DNA of 64,000 bases from Alphaproteobacteria bacterium (GTDB lineage Bacteria > Pseudomonadota > Alphaproteobacteria > SP197), in assembly GCA_965228895.1 (NCBI GenBank), contig OZ245842.1, positions 256,001 to 320,000 on the forward strand, given 5' to 3'. The notes beneath the pieces were generated by a model. The model was given only the letters and a program-made list of their open reading frames with translations. It made no database searches and was not told where the DNA came from. Below are positions 30,072 to 38,780 of the stretch, one piece after another. The stretch's first letter is position 1, and each line of letters begins with the position of its first letter. The position numbers were made by a program, and so were the translations under genes.

Positions 30072-31445
30072 TTAGAGGTGGTGATAGTCGGCGACGCCGA
30101 CCGTGTGGTTGGTGCCGGCCAGGGGCACGCCCGCCATGGCGGACGCTTCCATGGTGAGAGCCGCCAGATCTTCCGGCTCCAGGCTGTGCACATTGGTCTT
30201 GCCGCAGGCGCGCGCCATCATCTGACACTCGATGGTGAGGGTGTGCAGGATGTTATAGACGCGCTCGGCCGCATCGTCGGGGTTGAGGCGCTTCCTGAGC
30301 TCCTCGTCCTGGGTCGCAACGCCCACCGGACAACGGCCGGTATGGCAGTGATAGCAGTAGCCGGCGGGAACCCCGATGGTGCCTTCGTAGTCGGCCTCCG
30401 GGATATCCTTGTTGCAGTTCAGCGCCATCATCGCCGTGGTGCCGATTGCAACGGCATCGGCGCCCAGCGCAATCGCCTTGGCCAGATCGCCGCCGTTACG
30501 GACACCGCCGGCGTAGATCAGCGTGATCTCGCCGCGCTTGCCCAGATCGTCGATCGCACGACGCGCCTGACGGATCGCCGCGATACCCGGCACGCCGGTC
30601 TCCTCGGTCGCCAGGTGCGGGCCGGCGCCGGTCGAGCCTTCCATGCCATCGATATAAATGGAGTCGGGATCGCACTTCACGGCCATACGCACGTCGTCAT
30701 ACACGCGCGCCGCGCCCAGCTTGAGCTGGATCGGGATCTGGTGATCGGTGGCTTCGCGGATCTCCTGGATTTTCAGCGCCAGATCGTCCGGACCCAGCCA
30801 GTCGGGGTGACGGGCCGGCGAACGCTGGTCGATGCCGGCCGGCAACGAGCGCATTTCGGCGACCTGGTCGGTCACCTTCTGGCCCATCAAATGGCCGCCC
30901 AGGCCGACCTTGCAGCCCTGGCCGATGAAAAACTCGCAGCCGTCGGCCAGCAGCAGATGGTGCGGGTTGAAGCCATAGCGGGACTGGATGCACTGATAGA
31001 ACCACTTCTCGGAGAAGCGGCGCTCGTCGGGGATCATGCCGCCTTCACCCGAACACGTCGCCGAGCCCGCCATGGTGGCGCCACGCGCCAGCGCGGTCTT
31101 GGCTTCGTAGCTCAGCGCGCCGAAGCTCATGCCGGTGATATAGACCGGTATATCGAGCTCGATCGGGCGCTTGGCGCGTGGGCCGATGACCGTCTTGGTA
31201 TCGCACTTCTCGCGATACCCTTCGATCACGAAGCGGGTCAGTGTGCCCGGCAGGAACGTCAAGTCGTCCCATGTCGGAATCTGCTTGAACAGCGCCATGC
31301 CGCGCATGCGGTAACGGCCCAGTTCGGCCTTGATGTGGATGTCGTCGACGACACGCGGCGTGAACAGGAAGTTCTCGCCCAGGATATCCTTGTTGCGGGT
31401 CGCGCCCGGTGCGTGCTCGGTGACGTCTTCTTTTGCTTTCGCCAT
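30072..31445 (-). CDS. FMN-binding glutamate-synthase-family subunit (N-methylglutamate synthase C / GlxD-like)
   Basis: MSFGALS, SGEGG, GQGCKVGLGGHL and CYHCHTGRCPVGVATQ (Fe-S) motifs. Confidence 0.88.
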   Translation of the reverse strand: MAKAKEDVTEHAPGATRNKDILGENFLFTPRVVDDIHIKAELGRYRMRGMALFKQIPTWDDLTFLPGTLTRFVIEGYREKCDTKTVIGPRAKRPIELDIPVYITGMSFGALSYEAKTALARGATMAGSATCSGEGGMIPDERRFSEKWFYQCIQSRYGFNPHHLLLADGCEFFIGQGCKVGLGGHLMGQKVTDQVAEMRSLPAGIDQRSPARHPDWLGPDDLALKIQEIREATDHQIPIQLKLGAARVYDDVRMAVKCDPDSIYIDGMEGSTGAGPHLATEETGVPGIAAIRQARRAIDDLGKRGEITLIYAGGVRNGGDLAKAIALGADAVAIGTTAMMALNCNKDIPEADYEGTIGVPAGYCYHCHTGRCPVGVATQDEELRKRLNPDDAAERVYNILHTLTIECQMMARACGKTNVHSLEPEDLAALTMEASAMAGVPLAGTNHTVGVADYHHL

Positions 31446-31470
31446 GTTCTAACTCCTGAGAAGACCGCCC

Positions 31471-32319
31471 CTAAAGGACGATCTTCTTCTCCGACGGCTC
31501 GAGGTTGTCGTAGTTCCAAAGCTGCTTGCCGGCCACGATCTTGGTCAGGTTCTCGACGCCGTTCGGCGCCTCCATGCCGTACATCTTCAGCTTGCGCTCC
31601 AGCCATGCCTTGTCGAGTTCGGTCATCTCGCCTTCGACCGCGTCAACGCCGAGGCCTTCGATCTTGCCGCCGACAAAGATCGTGCCGTCATACATGGAGT
31701 CGCCGAGGTTCTTGCCGGCATCACCCAAAACGACCATCCGACCGCGCTGCATCATGAAGCCGGAGAACGCACCGGTGCGTCCGCCAACGATGATGGTGCC
31801 GCCCTTCTGGTCGATACCCGTGCGCGAGCCGACATCGCCCTTGCAGACGAGATCGCCGCCGCGGATCGCGGCGCCGAAGGTGGAGCCGGCGTTCTTTTCG
31901 ATGACGACCGTGCCGGCCATCATGTTCTCCGCGCACGACCAGCCGACGCGGCCGGTGACACGCACGTTCGGCCCGTCGATCAGGCCGACGCCGAAGTAAC
32001 CCAGGCTGCCTTCGAAGGTCAGGTTCAATCGGCTCAGGATGCCGACGCCCAGCGAGTGGCGAGCCAGCGGGTTCTTGATCACGATCGAACCATAGCCTTC
32101 CGCCATCAGCGTCCGGATCTTCAGGTTGATCTCGGAGATTTCCATCTCGGCTGCGTCGACTTCGGCGCGTTTGTTGAAGTCGACATCCGGCGCCTCGGGA
32201 TAGAGCAGGTTGTCGGACTCTTCGAGATCGAAGAACCGCTGCTGCGTGCGTCCGGTCAGCTGCTCGGTATGCAGCCCCATTTCATGGCTGACATGATCGT
32301 CTGTTTCTAGCTTCGCCAT
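31471..32319 (-). CDS. GXGXG beta-helix subunit (MgsB / GlxC-like)
   Basis: GXGXG repeats (GWSCAENMMAG, GSRTGIDQKGG, GDSMYDG). Confidence 0.88.
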   Translation of the reverse strand: MAKLETDDHVSHEMGLHTEQLTGRTQQRFFDLEESDNLLYPEAPDVDFNKRAEVDAAEMEISEINLKIRTLMAEGYGSIVIKNPLARHSLGVGILSRLNLTFEGSLGYFGVGLIDGPNVRVTGRVGWSCAENMMAGTVVIEKNAGSTFGAAIRGGDLVCKGDVGSRTGIDQKGGTIIVGGRTGAFSGFMMQRGRMVVLGDAGKNLGDSMYDGTIFVGGKIEGLGVDAVEGEMTELDKAWLERKLKMYGMEAPNGVENLTKIVAGKQLWNYDNLEPSEKKIVL

Positions 32320-33242
32320 ACCCGAACCTCCCGGTCATAGGGGTCAATGGTGTCGATTTCCTGGGGCAGCACCTGGCGGATGGCGACCTCTTCCGACGCC
32401 ATGGCGACGAGGTCGTCGCTTTCGTAGAGCACCATCGGCTTGGCGGCCATGACGTCCTTGGCCATGCCCAGGCTGTCGTTGGTCGCGACCAGATAGGTGA
32501 ACACGCCGTCCAACTCGTCGACCGACTGGTTCATCGCGGTTTCCAGGTCGATGCCGGATTCCAGCTTGTCGGCCAGATAGACCGCGATCAGCTCGCTGTC
32601 GCAGTTCGACTGGAAGCGGAACGATTTACGCTCCATCTCGCGGCGCATGATCCAGTAGTTGGTCAGCTGGCCGTTATGAACGACGGAGATGTCGTTATAG
32701 GGATAGGCCCAATAGGGATGGGCGGAACGGATATCGACGTCCGATTCCGTCGCCATGCGGGTGTGGCCGATCGCATGCGTGCCCTTGAAGCCCTGCAGCT
32801 TGTACTGATCGGCGACCGTCGTCGCGTCACCCAGATCCTTGATCAGCTCCAGCGCGTTGCCGAGCGACAGGATTTCGGTGCCTTCGACGTCCTCGACGAA
32901 GTCAGCCATCTTGCGCATGTCGCCATCGAAGGTGAAGCGATAGCGGAAGGCGTACTCGGTGGCATCGACCATCTCGGTCACGTTGACACCCAGGTCCTTC
33001 AGGCGCTTGTCGACTTCGGCGCGCCGCTGCTTGACCTCGTCGTGGATCTGGAAGCCTTTTGCGAGGTCTTCCTGTTCGGCGACCATGAACCGCATGACAT
33101 ACTCGTTGCTGCCGGCCGAGCCATAGACCGCGAAACCCGTCGAATCCGGGCCGCGGTGCTTCAGCGACTGCAGCATGGCGGTCATCTCGGTGCCGATATC
33201 ACCCGCGCCGTTGCGGTGAATAATTCCGGCGATACCACACAT
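32307..33242 (-). CDS. Class II (Ntn) glutamine amidotransferase subunit (MgsA / GlxB-like)
   Basis: N-terminal MCGIAG; HRGPDS, GHTRMATES and VHNG motifs. Confidence 0.9.
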   Translation of the reverse strand: MCGIAGIIHRNGAGDIGTEMTAMLQSLKHRGPDSTGFAVYGSAGSNEYVMRFMVAEQEDLAKGFQIHDEVKQRRAEVDKRLKDLGVNVTEMVDATEYAFRYRFTFDGDMRKMADFVEDVEGTEILSLGNALELIKDLGDATTVADQYKLQGFKGTHAIGHTRMATESDVDIRSAHPYWAYPYNDISVVHNGQLTNYWIMRREMERKSFRFQSNCDSELIAVYLADKLESGIDLETAMNQSVDELDGVFTYLVATNDSLGMAKDVMAAKPMVLYESDDLVAMASEEVAIRQVLPQEIDTIDPYDREVRVWRS

Positions 33243-33320
33243 GGGTGTCGTCCTCCTTCTACGTTAAAGACGGCAACGGCGGCGGCGCCCATGGCCGCCG
33301 CCGTTGGTTCATCAGCCTTG

Positions 33321-34796
33321 TTAGGGCAGGCAATCCCAATAGGTCTCCAGGTCCCACTCGGTGACGGTGGCCATGAAGTTTTCCCATTCGTTGGTCTTGT
33401 AGTGCTTGTAGACCTTGTACATGTCGCCGGGCATGGCCGACTTGATGACGTCGTCGTTGTCGAGGGCTTTGAGTGCGTCGCCCAAAGACATCGGCAGCTT
33501 CTTAACGATCTTGCCTTCGTCCATGGCCTCGTAAATGTTCCGCTCTTCCGGTTCACCCGGATCGAGCTTCTTGGTGATGCCGTGGTCGAACGCCTGGATG
33601 ATGGCCGAGGCCATCAGGTAGGGGTTCACCATCGAGTCGACGGCACGGTACTCGAACCGGCCGGGTGCCGAGACGCGCATGCCGGTCGTGCGGTTCTGAT
33701 AACCCCAGTCGGCGAAGACCGGTGCCCAGAAACCGGTATCCCACAGACGGCGATAGCTGTTGACGGTCGGGCAGCCGATGGCGGTCAGGGCGTCGAGATG
33801 AGCCATGACGCCGCCGATCGCTTTGAGGCCGACCGGACCTGGCTTCTGCTTGTCCTTGCCCGACGGCAGGAACAGGTTGGTGCCGCCCTTGCGATAGCTG
33901 AAGTTCTCCTTCAGGCCCGGCAGGCTGTTGCCGTTGCCCAGTGAATTGACCTCGTCCTTACCGCCGGTCCACAGCGAGACGTTGTGATGGCAGCCATTGG
34001 CCGAGACACCCATGAACGGCTTCGACATGAAGCAGGCGATCAGGTTGTTTTCGCGCGCGACCTGGGCGCAGATCTGGCGATAGGTGCTCAACCGGTCGGC
34101 GGTCCTGAGCGCGTCGTCAAACTGGAAGTTCAGCTCAAGCTGGCCGGGCGCGTCCTCATGGTCGCCCTGGATCATGTCCAGGCCCATGGCGCGGCTGTAC
34201 TCGATCACCTTCATGAAGACCGGGCGCAGGCTCTCGAACTGATCGATGTGGTAGCAGTTCGGCTTGGAGAAACCGCCGTTCGGCAGGCCGTCCTCACCCT
34301 TCTTCAGCCACATCATTTCCGGCTCGGTGCCGTGGCGCAGATGCATGCCCTTGTGCTTCTTCTGGAAGTCGTCGTGGATGCGGCGCAGGTTGCCGCGGCA
34401 ATCGCCGGTAAAGAAGCCGCCGGGATCCTTCTTCTCTTCCCGGTTACGGAAACAGGTGACGTAGACGCGGGCAACGCGCTTGTCCCAGGGCAGCTGCACG
34501 AAAGTCTCGGGGTCGGGAATGCCGACCAGCTCCGAAGACTCCGGCCCGTAACCGATGTAGTGGCCGTAGCGATCGACATAGAGGTTGGCGACCGAGCCGT
34601 AGACCAACTGGAAACCCTTCTCGGCGATGGTCTCCCAGTGGTCCGCCGGCACGCCCTTGCCGACGATGCGGCCGGTGACCGAGATGAACTGGTAATAGAT
34701 ATAGTCGATGCCGAGCTGGTTGATCTTCTCGCGCACCTGTTTGACCTGAGTCGCGCGACCTCTTTTCCTTACATATTCCTCGATGGCCATGGCCAT
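33321..34796 (-). CDS. Glutamine-synthetase-family ligase (GlnT / gamma-glutamylmethylamide synthetase candidate)
   Basis: EPE, DHEDAPGQLE, KPF...NGCHHN, PTVNSYRRL and RFEYR motifs; adjacent to mgs-like genes. Confidence 0.85.
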   Translation of the reverse strand: MAMAIEEYVRKRGRATQVKQVREKINQLGIDYIYYQFISVTGRIVGKGVPADHWETIAEKGFQLVYGSVANLYVDRYGHYIGYGPESSELVGIPDPETFVQLPWDKRVARVYVTCFRNREEKKDPGGFFTGDCRGNLRRIHDDFQKKHKGMHLRHGTEPEMMWLKKGEDGLPNGGFSKPNCYHIDQFESLRPVFMKVIEYSRAMGLDMIQGDHEDAPGQLELNFQFDDALRTADRLSTYRQICAQVARENNLIACFMSKPFMGVSANGCHHNVSLWTGGKDEVNSLGNGNSLPGLKENFSYRKGGTNLFLPSGKDKQKPGPVGLKAIGGVMAHLDALTAIGCPTVNSYRRLWDTGFWAPVFADWGYQNRTTGMRVSAPGRFEYRAVDSMVNPYLMASAIIQAFDHGITKKLDPGEPEERNIYEAMDEGKIVKKLPMSLGDALKALDNDDVIKSAMPGDMYKVYKHYKTNEWENFMATVTEWDLETYWDCLP

Positions 34797-34909
34797 GGGT
34801 ACGTCTCCCCCTATGTTGCCTCAGTCAGTGTTGCCGGCCGCCGACATGGCGACGGATCGTTGGGAGCTTGGCGTGCCGCGCGACAACGAGTCAACGCGGC
34901 GCCGCGCGA

Positions 34910-36247
34910 TCAGCTCCAAGGAAACGGGCTGTGTGAAACCGGATGCAGTTTGCCCTCTGCATAACGTGAAAAACGGAACGGCTCGAGCAGCGCGCTCTTG
35001 TCGCCGACGACCTCACCGGCGACCAATTTTCCGATGCCGATCATCTTATAGCCGTGGTTCGAATCGGCGATGATGTGAACGTTGTCGCAGAACGTGTCGA
35101 TGACCGGAAAGCTGTCCGGCGTGAAGCAGCCCAGACCGCCGGACGGTTCTGTCTTCCATTTACCGATCTGGCCGGAAAAACGCTCCTGACAGGCAGCCAG
35201 CGCCGAACACCACATGTGGGCGAAGTCGTCGCCGACAATGAAGTCCGGGGAGTCCGGGCCATACGGGTCGACAGCGACCTCGTCGACCGGCGTCTCGACC
35301 TTGTAGGGCATGGCGCCGCCCTGAATGCCGTCGAAGTGGAAATCGGGCTTGTAGTAAATGCCCCACATCTCCTCGGTGATGACCGAGCCGTCGACATCGG
35401 AGTGCAGCGGCACATCGGTATCGACGTGGATCACCGGCGGCATGCCGCCATCGTTGGTCTTCTGAAAGTCCGGATCGACGCCCAGCACGCCTTCTTCCAG
35501 GCACCAGTATTTCCACATGCCGATGCCGTCATGCATCGTGCCGTCGGCGCCCTTGATCGAGACTTCCTTGGGCAGCTCCAGCATGTCCCAGATGTGTTTG
35601 ACCCAGGGACCGACACCGACGATGACCGCGTCGGTCTCGATGTCGCCCTTGTCGGTCTTAACCTTCGAGACGGCGGCGCCGCTGCGCTCGAACCCGGTGA
35701 CCTCGCAGCCGGTGATGATGCGGACATCTTCCGACTCCGCTTTGGTCGCCAGGCCATAAATCGACGACGTGTTGTTGGCGTAGCCGCCCTTCTTTTCGTG
35801 CAGCACCGAGGTGATGCCCGGCGCGCGCCAGTCACTCAGGATGTTTTTCATATAGGCCAGGCATTCATCCTGACCTTCAATGAAACTCGACTCGTAGCCG
35901 ATGGCCTGCTGCTGTGAATAGATCTGCGCGACATCCTCGTGCATCGACTCGCAGGAGATCTGCATGTAGCCGACCGGGTGGTAGTGGTAGGCCTCCGGGT
36001 CGCTCTCCCAGACCTCGACGCACTGCGCCATCAACTCGCGCATGGCCGGCTGGAAGTAGTTGTTGCGCACGACTCCGCACGCGATGCCGCTGGCGCCCGC
36101 CGCGATACCGGTTTTGTCCAGGACGACGATGTCCTTGCCGCTGCCTTTGCCGCGCGCCTTCAGCTCCAGCGCAAGGTGGTAGGCTGTGCTCAGACCGTGG
36201 ATACCGGCGCCAATGATTACGTATTTGGAACTGGTGGGAAACGCCAT
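34910..36247 (-). CDS. FAD-dependent oxidoreductase (DAO / sarcosine oxidase family)
   Basis: IIGAGIHG dinucleotide fold; ASGIACGVVRNNY, FTPDSFPVI and HGYK motifs. Confidence 0.88.
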   Translation of the reverse strand: MAFPTSSKYVIIGAGIHGLSTAYHLALELKARGKGSGKDIVVLDKTGIAAGASGIACGVVRNNYFQPAMRELMAQCVEVWESDPEAYHYHPVGYMQISCESMHEDVAQIYSQQQAIGYESSFIEGQDECLAYMKNILSDWRAPGITSVLHEKKGGYANNTSSIYGLATKAESEDVRIITGCEVTGFERSGAAVSKVKTDKGDIETDAVIVGVGPWVKHIWDMLELPKEVSIKGADGTMHDGIGMWKYWCLEEGVLGVDPDFQKTNDGGMPPVIHVDTDVPLHSDVDGSVITEEMWGIYYKPDFHFDGIQGGAMPYKVETPVDEVAVDPYGPDSPDFIVGDDFAHMWCSALAACQERFSGQIGKWKTEPSGGLGCFTPDSFPVIDTFCDNVHIIADSNHGYKMIGIGKLVAGEVVGDKSALLEPFRFSRYAEGKLHPVSHSPFPWS

Positions 36248-36291
36248 GCTCGTCGACCCTTCGTTAGAGGACTCTGGTGCGTTTGACGACC

Positions 36292-36399
36292 ATTGGTCCA
36301 AATTGGCTAGATTGGCGGTTCGCCGCGGTGGAGCTTGACGTGGCCGCCATTTGCCCCGACCATGTGGTAATCCAATTCTAGTCCAATTGAACCAATTTG
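36292..36399. promoter_or_regulatory. Two inverted arrays of ATTGG repeats; candidate FadR operators
   Basis: ATTGGTCCAAATTGGCTAGATTGG and, inverted, CCAATTCTAGTCCAATTGAACCAATT in the divergent intergenic region. Confidence 0.65.
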
Positions 36400-36425
36400 C
36401 GCTAGCTAAGTCCGGTGGGAAAACG

Positions 36426-37166
36426 ATGTCAAGTGAAAGCGCGCCGTTCCGCCATGAGCTGACCGCCAACCGCGTTGAAGGCGCCCGCGAATTGCCCCTG
36501 CCGAGCTCGAAAAGCGCGGCGGCAATCGCCTCTCAATTGCGCCAGGCGATTTTGGACGGTGTCTACGTCAACGGCGAGCGCTTGCCGGCCGAGCGTCAGT
36601 TGGCGACGGCCCTGGCCAGCTCGCGCACCACGGTGCGCGAGGCGCTGCGCATCCTCGAGCACAGCAAGTTCGTCACCCGCCGGGTCGGCAGCGGCACGTT
36701 CGTGACCTTCCGGCCGGAGGCTGCGGAAGAAGACGTGGCCGAGGTCACCAGCCCGCTTGAACTGGTCGATGTGCGCCTCGCGGTCGAGCCCCACATGGTC
36801 AGGCTCGCCACCCTGCATGCGACGTTGCGCGACCTCGACCGCATCCGCGAGACGCTCGAGGCGCTCGATGATGCCGGCGAAAGCTCCGAAGCGTTCACCA
36901 AATGGGACCGCACGTTCCACCAGCTGGTCGCCGAGGCCACCCACAACCCGTTGATGATCTCGATCTACCGCCAGATCAACCATGTGCGCGGCCACCGCCA
37001 GTGGAACGCGATGAAGGACAAGGTGCTGACCGCCGAAAGTATCGACGCCTACAACCGCCAGCATCGGGCCCTCTTCGAGGCCCTGAAGGCGCGCGATGCA
37101 GACGCAGCGGTCGCGGTCGTCAACGAACATCTTGTTTCGGCGCGCCAGCAGCTCAGCGTCACCTGA
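36426..37166 (+). CDS. GntR/FadR-family regulator (FCD domain)
   Basis: GERLPAERQLA..SRTTVREAL..GSGTFV HTH; FH..VAEATHN motif. Confidence 0.93.
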   Translation: MSSESAPFRHELTANRVEGARELPLPSSKSAAAIASQLRQAILDGVYVNGERLPAERQLATALASSRTTVREALRILEHSKFVTRRVGSGTFVTFRPEAAEEDVAEVTSPLELVDVRLAVEPHMVRLATLHATLRDLDRIRETLEALDDAGESSEAFTKWDRTFHQLVAEATHNPLMISIYRQINHVRGHRQWNAMKDKVLTAESIDAYNRQHRALFEALKARDADAAVAVVNEHLVSARQQLSVT

Positions 37167-37259
37167 CCACCGTTCAGTCCACCGCGAATGGGGCTTGGCC
37201 ATAGGGCCGGCCAATGTACGATCTGAACGATTTCAGGCGCTTAGGACGACGGACACGGG

Positions 37260-37382
37260 CTATCAACACAATCTGTGGGTAACTCTGTAGACAGATGACC
37301 TGACATCATGGCGCGAGCGCAGGAATCCCGCTTGCGTGACGAGCTTGCCTAAAATTTAGGCATAATTGTCAACTCGTTGATT
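37260..37382. promoter_or_regulatory. DARS-like element: three DnaA-box-like 9-mers, Fis-like palindrome, IHF consensus
   Basis: CTATCAACA-caatc-TGTGGGTAA-ctc-TGTAGACAG; GCCTAAAATTTAGGC at 37347-37361; AATCAACGAGTTG on the minus strand at 37370-37382. Confidence 0.55.
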
Positions 37383-37582
37383 TAAAAGAATTAATCCGTA
37401 AATCATTGTGACGGTGGCTTGACCGACCAGCGACGGACCGCTTGACAGGCCGCACCAGTCGGCGGGTTGGAGCGCCTGTGCACAAGAGGCCGTTCAATGG
37501 CTCGATTGTGGCCTGAAACCCTTCGCTCTTGGCGATTTCGAACCACTTTTGGGCGGTTCGTGGCCGGGCCCGTCCCAAACGG

Positions 37583-37948
37583 CTAGGCGCCCGATTCGCG
37601 GTGGCGTGTCAGCTCGACCCCTGCCGCCGCCGCGTCGGCGATGGCAGCGGGCTTTTCGACACGGATCTGGACGGCGGTGACGCCCGGCTCGGCCAGGCAG
37701 GCTTCCGCCAAGCGATCGGCGAAGGTCTCGACCAGATCGATATGGCCGGCGTCCAGGATCGCCCGCGCATGGTCGACCGGGCGCCGGTAATCGACGACCT
37801 CACCGATATCGTCCTGCTCCGGGGGCTGGTCCTCGACGTCCAGGGTAATCGTGACAATCAGGTCTTGTGCCGTTTCACGCTCGTGATCCAGCACGCCGAT
37901 CGATGCGGTCAGTCTGAGGTCGCGCACGAAGATGCGGCGGGTGCCCAT
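37583..37948 (-). CDS. folB: Dihydroneopterin aldolase
   Basis: IGVLDHE...Q, VDY, LVETFA and RVEKP motifs. Confidence 0.92.
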   Translation of the reverse strand: MGTRRIFVRDLRLTASIGVLDHERETAQDLIVTITLDVEDQPPEQDDIGEVVDYRRPVDHARAILDAGHIDLVETFADRLAEACLAEPGVTAVQIRVEKPAAIADAAAAGVELTRHRESGA

Positions 37949-37951
37949 GGT

Positions 37952-38731
37952 TCAGCCCTCCAGGGGCCAGCCGCCCTTAAGGTGCGCCCAAGCCAGGTGC
38001 TGGCCGCCGTCGAGCGCGATGATCTGGCCGGTCATCGCGGGCGCATCGACGATGAAGCGCACGGCGTCAGCGATCTCCTGGGGCGTGGTGCCGCGCTGCA
38101 GGGGCTGGAGGCGTTCGGACTCCGCGAACTGTTCGTCGGTCTGGTTTGGGCTGGGCAGCGTGAAACCGGGACCGATGGCGTTGACCCGGATGTCGGGCGC
38201 CAGCGACAGCGCCCAAGCCTTCGTCATGCCATGCAGGGCCATCTTGCTGGTCGTGTAAGACGTGAAGAACGGCGTCGGGCTCAAGACCCGCTGGTCCAGG
38301 ATGTTGATGATGTTGGCCTTGGCCTCCGGTGGTCTCTGGTTGGCAAAGGCCTGGGCCAGAAACACCGGGGCACGCAGGTTGATGTCCATGTTGCGCTGCC
38401 AGGTCTCGCGCGTGATGGTGCCGATCTCGTCGCGGTCGAAGATTGCAGCGTTGTTGACCAGAAGGGTGAGCGGCCCGATGGCCTCGGCGGCGCGCGGCAC
38501 CAGGCTGTCGACCGCGTCGGGGTCGGTGAAATCGGCCTGAAGCGCGACGGCGGTGCCGCCGCTGGCGGTAATCTCGGCGGCCAGTTCCTCCGCACCACCG
38601 ACCGATGTGCTGTAGTGCAGCGCGACGGCCCAGCCGTGGGCCGCGAGATCGCGGGCGACGGCATGACCGATGCGTTTGCCGGCGCCGGTTACCAGGGCAG
38701 CGCCCGGCGTGCTTGTTGGTGTTTCTGTCAT
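37952..38731 (-). CDS. SDR oxidoreductase, pteridine-reductase/FolM-like
   Basis: TGAGKRIG, NNAA and YTTSK motifs; adjacent to folB. Confidence 0.88.
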   Translation of the reverse strand: MTETPTSTPGAALVTGAGKRIGHAVARDLAAHGWAVALHYSTSVGGAEELAAEITASGGTAVALQADFTDPDAVDSLVPRAAEAIGPLTLLVNNAAIFDRDEIGTITRETWQRNMDINLRAPVFLAQAFANQRPPEAKANIINILDQRVLSPTPFFTSYTTSKMALHGMTKAWALSLAPDIRVNAIGPGFTLPSPNQTDEQFAESERLQPLQRGTTPQEIADAVRFIVDAPAMTGQIIALDGGQHLAWAHLKGGWPLEG

Positions 38732-38780
38732 GGCGGGTACGGATAACGGCCAAGCCGCGCCGCGTCCAAGGGTTTCGCGG

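Noticed and set aside
37260-37410. Replication origin or dif site
   Set aside because: Only three imperfect DnaA boxes, a short AT-rich tract, no dnaA/hemE/parAB context and no XerCD dif consensus.
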